A stretch of DNA of 64,000 nucleotides from Macrostomum lignano (lineage: Eukaryota): assembly GCA_002269645.1 (NCBI GenBank), contig NIVC01000041.1, positions 372,001 to 436,000 on the forward strand, in the 5' to 3' direction. Numbering within the stretch: the first letter of the stretch is position 1; each line of letters opens with the position of its first letter. A program made the position numbers and the translations under genes. Under the pieces are notes generated by a model, which was given only the letters and a program-made list of their open reading frames with translations, searched no databases and was not told the DNA's origin. This document shows, one piece after another, positions 25,401 to 37,250 of the stretch.

Positions 25401-27955
25401 TCACTGACACTTCTCCTGCTTCCGTTGCCGTCACTGACACTTCTCCTGCTTCCGTTGCCGTCACTGACACTTCTCCTGCTTCCGTTGCCGTCACTGACAC
25501 TTCTCCTGCTTCCGTTGCCGTCACTGACACTTCTCCTGCTTCCGTTGCCGTCTGACACTTCTCCTGCTTCCGTTGCCGTCACTGACACTTCTCCTGCTTC
25601 CGTTGCCGTCACTGACACTTCTCCTGCTTCCGTTGCCGTCACTGACACTTCTCCTGCTTCCGTTGCCGTCACTGACACTTCTCCTGCTTCCGTTGCCGTC
25701 ACTGACACTTCTCCTGCTTCCGTTGCCGTCACTGACACTTCTCCTGCTTCCGTTGCCGTCACTGACACTTCTCCTGCTTCCGTTGCCGTCACTGACACTT
25801 CTCCTGCTTCCGTTGCCGTCACTGACACTTCTCCTGCTTCCGTTGCCGTCACTGACACTTCTCCTGCTTCCGTTGCCGTCTCCGACACTTCTCCTGCTTC
25901 CGTTGCCGTCACTGACACTTCTCCTGCTTCCGTTGCCGTCTCCGACACTTCTCCTGCTTCCGTTGCCGTCACTGACACTTCTCCTGCTTCCGTTGCCGTC
26001 ACTGACACTTCTCCTGCTTCCGTTGCCGTCTCCGACACTTCTCCTGCTTCCGTTGCCGTCACTGACACTTCTCCTGCTTCCGTTGCCGTCTGACACTTCT
26101 CCTGCTTCCGTTGCCGTCACTGACACTTCTCCTGCTTCCGTTGCCGTCACTGACACTTCTCCTGCTTCCGTTGCCGTCACTGACACTTCTCCTGCTTCCG
26201 TTGCCGTCACTGACACTTCTCCTGCTTCCGTTGCCGTCACTGACACTTCTCCTGCTTCCGTTGCCGTCTCCGACACTTCTCCTGCTTCCGTTGCCGTCAC
26301 TGACACTTCTCCTGCTTCCGTTGCCGTCTCCGACACTTCTCCTGCTTCCGTTGCCGTCACTGACACTTCTCCTGCTTCCGTTGCCGTCACTGACACTTCT
26401 CCTGCTTCCGTTGCCGTCTCCGACACTTCTGCTTCCGTTGCCGTCACTGACACTTCTCCTGCTTCCATTGCCGTCTCCGACACTTCTGCTTCCGTTGCCG
26501 TCACTGACACTTCTCCTGCTTCCGTTGCCGTCTCCGACACTTCTCCTGCTTCCATTGCCGTCTCCGACACTTCTCCTGCTTCCGTTGCCGTCTCCGACAC
26601 TTCTCCTGCTTCCATTGCCGTCACTGACACTTCTCCTGCTTCCGTTGCCGTCTCCGACACTTCTCCTGCTTCCGTTGCCGTCACTGACACTTCTCCTGCT
26701 TCCATTGCCGTCTCCGACACTTCTCCTGCTTCCGTTGCCGTCACTGACACTTCTCCTGCTTCCGTTGCCGTCACTGACACTTCTCCTGCTTCCATTGCCG
26801 TCTCCGACACTTCTGCTTCCGTTGCCGTCACTGACACTTCTGCTTCCATTGCCGTCTCCGACACTTCTCCTGCTTCCGTTGCCGTCACTGACACTTCTCC
26901 TGCTTCCATTGCCGTCTCCGACACTTCTCCTGCTTCCGTTGCCGTCACTGACACTTCTCCTGCTTCCGTTGCCGTCACTGACACTTCTCCTGCTTCCGTT
27001 GCCGTCACTGACACTTCTCCTGCTTCCATTGCCGTCACTGACACTTCTCCTGCTTCCGTTGCCGTCACTGACACTTCTCCTGCTTCCGTTGCCGTCACTG
27101 ACACTTCTCCTGCTTCCGTTGCCGTCACTGACACTTCTCCTGCTTCCGTTGCCGTCACTGACACTTCTCCTGCTTCCGTTGCCGTCACTGACACTTCTCC
27201 TGCTTCCGTTGCCGTCACTGACACTTCTCCTGCTTCCATTGCCGTCACTGACACTTCTCCTGCTTCCGTTGCCGTCTCCGACACTTCTGCTTCCGTTGCC
27301 GTCACTGACACTTCTCCTGCTTCCGTTGCCGTCACTGACACTTCTCCTGCTTCCGTTGCCGTCACTGACACTTCTCCTGCTTCCGTTGCCGTCACTGACA
27401 CTTCTCCTGCTTCCATTGCCGTCACTGACACTTCTCCTGCTTCCGTTGCCGTCACTGACACTTCTCCTGCTTCCGTTGCCGTCACTGACACTTCTCCTGC
27501 TTCCGTTGCCGTCACTGACACTTCTCCTGCTGCCGTCCGCCGTCACTGACACTTCTCCTGCTTCCATTGCCGTCTCCGACACTTCTCCTGCTTCCATTGC
27601 CGTCTCCGACACTTCTCCTGCTTCCGTTGCCGTCTCCGACACTTCTCCTGCTTCCGTTGCCGTCTCCGACACTTCTCCTGCTTCCATTGCCGTCTCCGAC
27701 ACTTCTCCTGCTTCCATTGCCGTCTCCGACACTTCTCCTGCTTCCATTGCCGTCTCCGACACTTCTCCTGCTTCCGTTGCCGTCTCCGACACTTCTCCTG
27801 CTTCCATTGCCGTCTCCGACACTTCTCCTGCTTCCATTGCCGTCTCCGACACTTCTCCTGCTTCCGTTGCCGTCTCCGACACTTCTCCTGCTTCCATTGC
27901 CGTCTCCGACACTTCTCCTGCTTCCGTTGCCGTCTCCGACACTTCTCCTGCTTCC
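10428..27955. repeat. Giant 30-bp tandem array (GACACTTCTCCTGCTTCCGTTGCCGTCACT), about 17.5 kb, roughly 585 units
   Basis: Direct reading. Variants: ACT/TCC/TCT at one site, GTT/ATT, 27-bp (minus CCT) units at the edges, 28-bp units in the interior; long invariant runs centrally. Confidence 0.99.
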
Positions 27956-28592
27956 AGATATTTTTTCGGGTTTTTCATCATTAGTTGCTAACTTGTCACT
28001 ATTCCCTATTTAAAAGTTATTTACGAGCATAATATCGACAAAACCATTATTTAAATTAATTTACAGAGTTGCTTCCGTCTGCTCATCGGTCCGTAAGCTC
28101 GCCTATTGATCTTATGGTGACAAGGAATCCGAGTTCTTTCAGACAGCAGAGTTGGCTCATTGTAAAATTGCTATCCTTGGCATGCACTGATTAGCAAGTT
28201 AGTAGTCTGAAATTAGCTGGGAAACTTCGCAAATATTTACCATTATTTACCATAACAATGCCTGAAAAAGAGAGGATTAGCAGATACGTGCTTGCTGCAA
28301 ATTGATGACGAAGAGGAGAAAGTCAACTCTGCCTTAGAAACGTTGGTTGAAAGTCTTTCTCAAGATAAGGGCAAACATAATTTTCCTATTAAGAACATTT
28401 AATATGATAAAACTAAACGAATTCTGAATTCCCTGTCTAGAACATCAGACCAAAAAAAATTGCAAAAAATCATCAGGAAGATCTTCATCTACTATTAGTA
28501 GTACAGTATCGTTCGAATTTTAAAACTGGAGATGATTTTACATGTAATTTACGAAATATTCCCAAGGAAATTGACGCTTGAGAGATTCTTCA

Positions 28593-29816
28593 AGAGGCAG
28601 ATTCTCAAGCAGGGGGAGCGGAGAGGCAGATTCTCAAGCACCGAGGGAGCGGAGAGGCAGATTCTCAAGCAGGGGGAGCGGAGAGGCAGATTCTCAAGCA
28701 CCGAGGGAGCGAAGAGGCAGATTCTCAAGCACCGAGGGAGAGCGGAGAGGCAGATTCTCAAGCACTGAGGGAGCGGAGAGGCAGATTCTCAAGCACCGAG
28801 GGAGCGGAGAGGCAGATTCTCAAGCACCGAGGGAGCGAAGAGGCAGATTCTCAAGCACCGAGGGAGCGGAGAGGCAGATTCTCAAGCACTGAGGGAGCGG
28901 AGAGGCAGATTCTCAAGCACTGAGGGAGCGGAGAGGCAGATTCTCAAGCAGGGAGGAGCGGAGAGGCAGATTCTCAAGCACTGAGGGAGCGGAGAGGCAG
29001 ATTCTCAAGCACTGAGGGAGCGGAGAGGCAGATTCTCAAGCACTGAGGGAGCGGAGAGGCAGATTCTCAAGCAGGGAGGAGCGGAGAGGCAGATTATCAA
29101 GCACCGAGGGAGCGGAAAGGCAGATTCTCAAGCACCGAGGGAGCGGAGAGGCAGATTCTCAAGCACCGAGGGAGAGCGGAGAGGCAGATTCTCAAGCACT
29201 GAGGGAGCGGAGAGGCAGATTCTCAAGCACTGAGGGAGCGGAGAGGCAGATTCTCAAGCAGGGAGGAGCGGAGAGGCAGATTCTCAAGCACTGAGGGAGC
29301 GGAGAGGCAGATTCTCAAGCACTGAGGGAGCGGAGAGGCAGATTCTCAAGCAGGGAGGAGCGGAGAGGCAGATTATCAAGCACCGAGGGAGCGGAAAGGC
29401 AGATTCTCAAGCACCGAGGGAGCGGAGAGGCAGATTCTCAAGCACCGAGGGAGAGCGGAGAGGCAGATTCTCAAGCACTGAGGGAGCGGAGAGGCAGATT
29501 CTCAAGCACTGAGGGAGCGGAGAGGCAGATTCTCAAGCAGGGAGGAGCGGAGAGGCAGATTCTCAAGCACTGAGGGAGCGGAGAGGCAGATTCTCAAGCA
29601 CTGAGGGAGCGGAGAGGCAGATTCTCAAGCAGGGAGGAGCGGAGAGGCAGATTCTCAAGCAGGGGGGAGCGGAGAGGCAGATTCTCAAGCACTGAGGGAG
29701 CGGAGAGGCAGATTCTCAAGCACTGAGGGAGCGGAGAGGCAGATTCTCAAGCACTGAGGGAGCGGAGAGGCAGTTTCTCAAGCAGGGGGGAGCGGAGAGG
29801 CAGATTCTCAAGCACT
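28593..29816 (+). repeat. 31-bp minisatellite (GAGGGAGCGGAGAGGCAGATTCTCAAGCACT)
   Basis: Direct reading; inverted partner at 32151-33139. Confidence 0.95.
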
Positions 29817-30320
29817 GCCGAGAGGAAGAGGTGGAGAGTCCCGTGAGATGCAACACGAACTGAGTGCACACACTGAATGTATGTATCAATTTAAGCAGGA
29901 GCTATATAGCTTGTATTTGGTCCAAAACAGACATAGTATTGTATGGAGACTCCGTCCAGTGGTTTTTTGTAGCAACAAGCGAAAATGATATTTATACATA
30001 CATGTAGATAATAATTTCCTTTGATCTCGCCGCTTATACGAAATAACAAAACTTTCTGACCTGAGTTCGCGTCGCTTTGCCTGTTGTTATGATAAGATCC
30101 CTCCGTCCCCTGTGCCTTCTCATTCAGGGTCAAATGCTCGCAGACTAAGGGCAAGAAAACTCGAATTTTGACCCCTACAGAATTGCACACGAGGTCGCGC
30201 GCTTCTGCGAGTATACTCATGTTTGCCAAACATGACTATTTTGATCTTTTTTACAGGAACAAACCTGCTCGTAGAATGTGTATTTAATTGATTAAATCTA
30301 CTTCTTGCAATGTAACTTAA

Positions 30321-31441
30321 GACTCTTTCTCATCCCCAATCTCTGACTCTTATTCATCTCCAATCTCTGACTCTTATTCATCTCCAATCTCTGACTCTTA
30401 TTCATCTCCAATCTCTGACTCTTATTCATCTCCAATCTCTGACTCTTATTCATCTCCAATCTCTGACTCTTATTCATCTCCAATCTCTGACTCTTATTCA
30501 TCTCCAATCTCTGACTCTTATTCATCTCCAATCTCTGACTCTTATTCATCTCCAATCTCTGACTCTTATTCATCCCCAATCTCTGACTCTTATTCATCTC
30601 CCGTCACAGAATCTTTCTTATCTCCAATCTCAGGCTCTTTCTTATCTCCAATCTCAGACTCTTTCTTATCTCCAATCTCAGGCTCTTTCTTATCTCCAAT
30701 CTCAGACTCTTTCTTATCTCCAATCTCTGACTCTTATTCATCTCCAATCTCTGACTCTTATTCATCTCCAATCTCTGACTCTTATTCATCTCCAATCTCT
30801 GACTCTTATTCATCTCTAATCTCTGACTCTTATTCATCTCCAATCTCTGACTCTTATTCATCTCCAATCTCTGACTCTTATTCATCTCCAATCTCTGACT
30901 CTTATTCATCCCCAATCTCTGACTCTTATTCATCTCCAATCTCTGACTCTTATTCATCCCCAATCTCTGACTCTTATTCATCCCCAATCTCTGACTCTTA
31001 TTCATCTCCCGTCACAGAATCTTTCTTATCTCCAATCTCAGGCTCTTTCTTATCTCCAATCTCAGGCTCTTTCTTATCTCCAATCTCAGACTCTTTCTTA
31101 TCTCCAATCTCAGGCTCTTTCTTATCTCCAATCTCAGGCTCTTTCTTATCTCCAATCTCAGGCTCTTTCTTATCTCCAATCTCAGGCTCTTTCTTATCTC
31201 CAATCTCAGGCTCTTTCTTATCTCCAATCTCAGACTCTTTCTTATCTCCAATCTCAGACTCTTTCTCATCTCCAATCTCAGATTCTTACTTATCTTCAAT
31301 CTCAGACTCTTTCTCATCTCCAATCTCAGATTCTTACTCATCTCCACTCTCAGAATCTTTCTTATCTTCAATCTCAGACTCTTTCTCATCTCCAATCTCA
31401 GAATCTTTCTTATCTTCAATCTCAGACTCTTTCCCATCTCC
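30321..31441. repeat. 24-bp minisatellite (CTCCAATCTCTGACTCTTATTCAT and CTCCAATCTCAGGCTCTTTCTTAT subtypes)
   Basis: Direct reading; two subtype blocks with a duplicated junction motif. Confidence 0.95.
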
Positions 31442-32150
31442 CTTCTAGGCAGCCTCATGAATGATACAACTGTAGTTAAGGAGCCAGTCACGAAAGCAAC
31501 GCACCAAAACAGAACTGCCTTTCATATACCGCTCGATCTGTTCTTTATTTTGTTTCGATAATTTTGGACTGACCCACTTGCGGGGACATTCGTGACATTT
31601 GATTGTGACTCCTTTACAACCGCTGGGACAGCAAAGGTTGAGCCGACAAACGAAACGTGAAAGCTCGTTTAATGCTTGTCTTTCAGTTTCCGGTCATTTC
31701 CGGTCAGTTTCCACTTTTATATAAGTACACTCACTCCGTTGCAACAGTTGCACCTGACCGGAGGATCATAGGGGTATAAAAACCTCAAGTACTATAAATA
31801 GGAATTAATGCCCCCCCCCCATATGAAATATGACCCCGCCTACAACAATAAATGCTCTATCAACCTGGATTGAGTATGAGAAATCTGTGACTTTTAAATT
31901 TGCGCCCCTCTTGAAATAATTTACAGCTTTGCTTTGCTAAAAGTTTGCTAGCAGGATTCCAGAGCGTGCCGATCTGATGCCAATAGTAGTTGGCTCCGAT
32001 CCGGTGCAGTGTTGAGCGCCTCCCTAGCGTGACTGCTCAAGGGTGAGCTCTCTTCGATCTCGGCCAGGTGTTATAAATTCTACGAATATTTATTTCTACT
32101 GCAGACTCTGGCTCTCAGTTCTGACTTGACTTGCATCTCCCGTACTGCTC

Positions 32151-33139
32151 TTGAGAATCTGCCTCTCCGCTCCATCAGTGCTTGAGAATCTGCCTCTCCG
32201 CTCCCTCAGTGCTTGAGAATCTGCCTCCCCGCTCCCTCAGTGCTTGAGAATCTGCCTCTCCGCTCCCTCAGTGCTTGAGAATCTGCCTCTCCGCTCCCTC
32301 AGTGCTTGAGAATCTGCCTCTCCGCTCCTCCCTGCTTGAGAATCTGCCTCTCCGCTCCCTCAGTGCTTGAGAATCTGCCTCTCCGCTCCCTCAGTGCTTG
32401 AGAATCTGCCTCTCCGCTCCCTCAGTGCTTGAGAATCTGCCTCTCCGCTCTATCAGTGCTTGAGAATCTGCCTCTCCGCTCCCTCGGTGCTTGAGAATCT
32501 GCCTCTCCGCTCCCTCAGTGCTTGAGAATCTGCCTCTCCGCTCCCTCAGTGCTTGAGAATCTGCCTCTCCGCTCCCTCAGTGCTTGAGAATCTGCCTCTC
32601 CGCTCCCTCAGTGCTTGAGAATCTGCCTCTCCGCTCCCTCAGTGCTTGAGAATCTGCCTCTCCGCTCCTCCCTGCTTGAGAATCTGCCTCTCCGCTCTCC
32701 CTCAGTGCTTGAGAATCTGCCTCTCCACTCCATCAGTGCTTGAGAATCTGCCTCTCCGCTCTATCAGTGTTTGAGAATCTGCCTCTCCGCTCCCTCAGTG
32801 CTTGAGAATCTGCCTCTCCGCTCCCTCAGTGCTTGAGAATCTGCCTCTCCGCTCCCTCAGTGCTTGAGAATCTGCCTCTCCGCTCCCTCACCTGCTTGAG
32901 AATCTGCCTCTCCGCTCCCTCACCTGCTTGAGAATCTGCCTCTCCGCTCCCTCACCTGCTTGAGAATCTGCCTCTCCGTTCCCTCAGTGCTTGAGAATCT
33001 GCCTTTCCGCTCCCTCAGTGCTTGAGAATCTGCCTCTCCGCTCCCTCAGTGCTTGAGAATCTGCCTCTCCGCTCCATCAGTGCTTGAGAATATGCCTCTC
33101 CGCTCCCTCAGTGTTTGATTAGAATCTGCCTCTCCGCTC
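32151..33139 (-). repeat. Inverted copy of the 31-bp minisatellite
   Basis: Unit AGTGCTTGAGAATCTGCCTCTCCGCTCCCTC is the reverse complement of the 28593-29816 unit. Confidence 0.95.
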
Positions 33140-33620
33140 TCAATATCATCTTTCTCTCTCTCCATCCTTCTCTCTCACGTTTCTTTTCCGTGATCATGTT
33201 TCTTTTAATTGTCCTACGATCAATTGAACTAAAACTACCGTCCCTACTATCAGTAGTCTAATTGGTGCGCAACTGGTCTTTCCGGCTGCCAGTGAGTGGA
33301 TGAGACGCCCGGCCACATCCAATTGGCTGCAGAGCAATCAGGAGACCGCCAACCTCAATCCGGTAAAACCTTCACCTTACAAATTGACCGCAGTTGATGC
33401 TCCTTGAAGAAGAGCATATTTTGTAAGGCCAACAATTGTTAGGCATTAAAACATTGTTTTCATTGTCGGCACCAATTAGTCAGTCCTGTTTCGAGAGATG
33501 ATGGTACTGCTAGATCAGCGCAAGGACTGCACCAATAACTCCCGTAGGAGGGTTGCACCTGTAAGTTGAAAATTTGCTAACTGAATTATTTCAAGTAATT
33601 ATATGCTTTGCTATCTTTGA

Positions 33621-34133
33621 GTTCTGAGGACCATCGTGGCCTCACATCCCAGGTCCTGAGGATCACCATATCCTCACATCCCAGGTCCTGAGGATCACCA
33701 TATCCTCACATCCCAGTTCTGAGGATCACCATATCCTCACATCCCAGTTCTGAGGATCACAATATCCTCACATCCCAGTTCTGAGGATCACAATATCCTC
33801 ACATCCCAGTTCTGAGGATCACCATATCCTCACATCCCAGTTCTGAGGATCACCATATCCTCACATCCCAGTTCTGAGGATCACCATATCCTCACATCCC
33901 AGTTCTGAGGATCACCATATCCTCACATCCCAGTTCTGAGGATCACCATATCCTCACATCCCAGTTCTGAGGATCACCATATCCTCACATCCCAGTTCTG
34001 AGGATCACCATATCCTCACATCCCAGTTCTGAGGATCACCATATCCTCACATCCCAGTTCTGAGGATCACCATATCCTCACATCTCAGTTCTGAGGATCA
34101 CCATATCCTCACATGCCAGTTCTGAGGATCACC
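33621..34133. repeat. 31-bp minisatellite (TCTGAGGATCACCATATCCTCACATCCCAGT) with an internal TGAGGAT/ATCCTCA hairpin
   Basis: Direct reading, about 16 units. Confidence 0.95.
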
Positions 34134-35347
34134 TATTTATATTTCGATACGAATCGATCCTAAATATTGGGTAATCCCAATCGCAAATCAAAACTAAAGC
34201 AAGGGGGGGATTTCTTCTTCAACGAACAGCAACAATTTTCTTTTTTTAATGCGGAAACACCTGCGGAACTCTTGTCTGTCAAACGCAGTTGCCTACCGAG
34301 TCGAGCCGAAAGCAAAACATCTGCAGACTGTCCCCACCCCGGCCCCCATTGCCGCAGCAACTGACACGCCATGCGGTTCCCAAAAAAAAACAGCTGAAAA
34401 AATGGCAAATTTCAATGGAAGGGGCATCCGCTTCGCTTCCACTTCCGTCTTGTATTGAGTCCCCAAATTTCAAATTTTGTCTTGCTTCCTCTTTGAGCAG
34501 TTTGCTGCTGGACAAGTGGGCTGCTCAAACTGCTTTACAATGCGCTTCACTACGCGATCACGCTTGATTGGCTCAAAATTTCTACCAAAAATGCCTGTTT
34601 AGGTTTTTATTTAACCAAGACATACAGCAGTATCATATATAGAGCATTCTGTCTTGTAGTACTGTATAATATGTAACGCTTCATCACTTCCCGAGGCTAA
34701 AGCGGAACATTCAAAGGGACAAAGACCGTCTATGCAGGGCTTCTATCAAACAATTCTATACAAGAGGCAGTTTGCTATTGTTTAAAGACAAAGAGTTTTG
34801 CATAGAAATTCAATGGGTAAAGTCTTGTGTTTGAAATAAAGTACCAATTGCAGGCCCAGATTAGTTGATTACAATCTCAAAAAACCGGATTTCACCTGAG
34901 TGGCAGGGGGGGGGGGTATGTTTGATTTCAACAAGTTGATCGCGTTTAAATTATTAACCACAGACAGACTGCACAAGGGCCCAGCGGCTGAAGTTGAGCA
35001 CATGCTCATAGCTCGCATGTCGGTCTGTCTATTTGAGCTTTGTCTTCAACTCAACATTTGCTCAATCCAGCCACTTTTTCCTATTATATTTACCGCGGCT
35101 CTTGCAAGAAGGATTTAGGGATTTTTCGGGTCGGAATTTAATTTTTTGAACTTCCAAACTTCGCACAGTAACATCGAAATGAACATAGGCGTAGGAACCT
35201 TTCAAAAAGTGGGGGGGGGGCAGGTTCAGTGGTGGATTTAGGAGAAGGGGGCGCACAGGGCGTACGCCCCGCGAGTTAGTTTTTTTATTTTTTATAAGGG
35301 AAATGCACATTATCGTGTACCGATTATTTTCTGAATCGGTGTTGTCA

Positions 35348-35590
35348 GCACTCATTTTGGCGCCGCAGGCATTCATTTTAGCGCCGCAGGCATTCATTTT
35401 GGCGCCGCAGGCATTCATTTTGGCGCCGCAGGCATTCATTTTGGCGCCGCAGGCACTCATTTTGGCGCCGCAGGCATTCATTTTAGCGCCGCAGGCATTC
35501 ATTTTGGCGCCGCAGGCATTCATTTTGGCGCCGCAGGCATTCATTTTGGCGCCGCAGGCATTCATTTTGGCGCCGCAGGCATTCATTTTC
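35348..35590. repeat. 21-bp minisatellite (GCATTCATTTTGGCGCCGCAG), same family as 750-1262
   Basis: Direct reading. Confidence 0.95.
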
Positions 35591-37023
35591 CCATTCAGGC
35601 CCCACTGTCCCGCCGTTCCTTCGCCTATGGAAATGAACATCAAAGCCAACATGCCCGAACTTTCGAAAAAGATTTGCCGGTAGCATTTCGTGAACAAGTA
35701 GCTTGATAGACTTGCGAGTGCAGCCTCACACTCGCTTCATTCGGGATTCAGAAATCCAAAAGCTTAGACATTGGGGAATTTATAGTGCTTAAAAAACTTT
35801 TAGCGACTGTTCGCGTCATTCTGCTTCAGTTGTCCTTGCTCTTCCTCTGATTTCATTGTATAGCTTCCAATCCACTGAAGATATTTTTAGCACCTTTACC
35901 GGGGCCAGGGGCGTATCAGGTTAACCCCCCAGTAAGCCTACGCTTACTTAATGATGACGAGCAACCGCGGAGAGAGACTCAAAGTTGACAAATGGAAAAG
36001 AAGAAGGGTAAAAAAGTGTTTCATCTGCTTTTAACCGGGCTCACTCATTCGGTAAGAGCCGTGCACGATGATTATAGGTAAGGTGAGACAATATGGCTCA
36101 AAGTGTGAAAAAAATCCTGAGACAAAATATAGGGAAAACCATGTGGAAATGTTACCTAAAACTGCTCTCTTAGTCTTACTTATGGTTTGAGCAGATCAGA
36201 GCTTGGAAGGTATCGAGTTACTAAATTATAATGCTAAAAAAGCGTTGGTCTAACTGACTTTTTAGTCGCGTTGTTCGCACTGGACTGGAGCTGTTTGCGG
36301 CTCCAACGGGCTGAGTCACAGCCGCCCACGCTATTCGATTTTTTATCCATCCTGCAGTCGTTTGTCGGTATCTCCCTTTGAAGACACGGGCCAGGCTCCC
36401 TGTGCAGTCAGTCCTCCAGCTAGGCCGTTCTGTCTCTCCGCTGAGTGCGCGGCCGCATGCGGTGCGGTGCCGTGCCGTGCACGCACGCCAAGCGGGGCCG
36501 GCTGCATTTCGCGGAAAACATGAAAAGCAAATAATCAGAAGGAGAGAAAAAAGCCGTGAGAAATCAGGAGGAAGTTTTTATTTTCTGGCTGACAGGCTTG
36601 AAGAGACAAGTTCCAGACCATGCAACAGTCGCAGTCAGGATTTGCATCTGTGAGGGGTCGCGAGCCAGAGCCACAACAAAGTCAGTGACATTGTAGCATA
36701 AGGTAATATTTTTCCCGGCGGGTCCAAGCTTTCCATTTCCAGTTTTAGTACTATCATCACCTCACCTTTTTTGTTGACAATCGTAAAAATTAAGATTCAA
36801 ATTTTAAATGAACTGCAGTCCGGGGGAAGCAATGGCCCTCCATGACCCAGCCTTGGCTACGCCACTGCCGACCGTATATAGCAGGTCTAAATATAATCGA
36901 TGCATTACAGGAAAATAGAAAGGTTTGCGGTATTTTTGGACCTTTTTCAATAATACCCTTAGTTTTATATCCAGAAACAAAAGACAGACAGGCAGGCATT
37001 CACTCCAGTCACTCCTGTCTGTC

Positions 37024-37250
37024 CCTCCTGTCACTCACCCTCCTGTCACTCACCCTCCTGTCACTCACCCTCCTGTCACTCACCCTCCTGTCACTCACCC
37101 TCCTGTCACTCACCCTCCTGTCACTCACCCTCCTGTCACTCACCCTCCTGTCACTCACCCTCCTGTCACTCACCCTCCTGTCACTCATGTCTATCACTTT
37201 TGTCTGTCACTCACCCTCCTGTCACTCATGTCTGTCACTCGCTCTCCAGT
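37024..37250. repeat. 15-bp minisatellite (CCTCCTGTCACTCAC)
   Basis: Direct reading. Confidence 0.95.

Noticed and set aside
10422-27981. Minus-strand MMKNPKKYL-(EAGEVSVTAT)n reading
   Set aside because: It has a nearby ATG and stop, but unit variants are non-conservative in this frame (V/E, T/M) and an ATG before the first upstream stop is expected by chance; weaker than the SDGNGSRRSV frame.
10337-27991. Plus-strand mucin-like (TDTSPASVAV)n and (LTLLLLPLPS)n ORFs
   Set aside because: The TDTSP frame is closed by TAA at 10423 with no ATG or AG acceptor (the plus-strand unit contains no AG); the Leu/Pro frame is implausible as protein. Both are by-products of a stop-free 30-bp unit.
34720-34735. 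Short match AGACGGTCT (minus strand) reminiscent of a flatworm spliced-leader sequence
   Set aside because: Only about 9 nt, with no following donor or Sm site; chance level.
35906-36867. Possible MITE bounded by CAGGGGCGTATCA (35906) and TGGCTACGCCACTG (36867)
   Set aside because: Imperfect TIR match and no target-site duplication.
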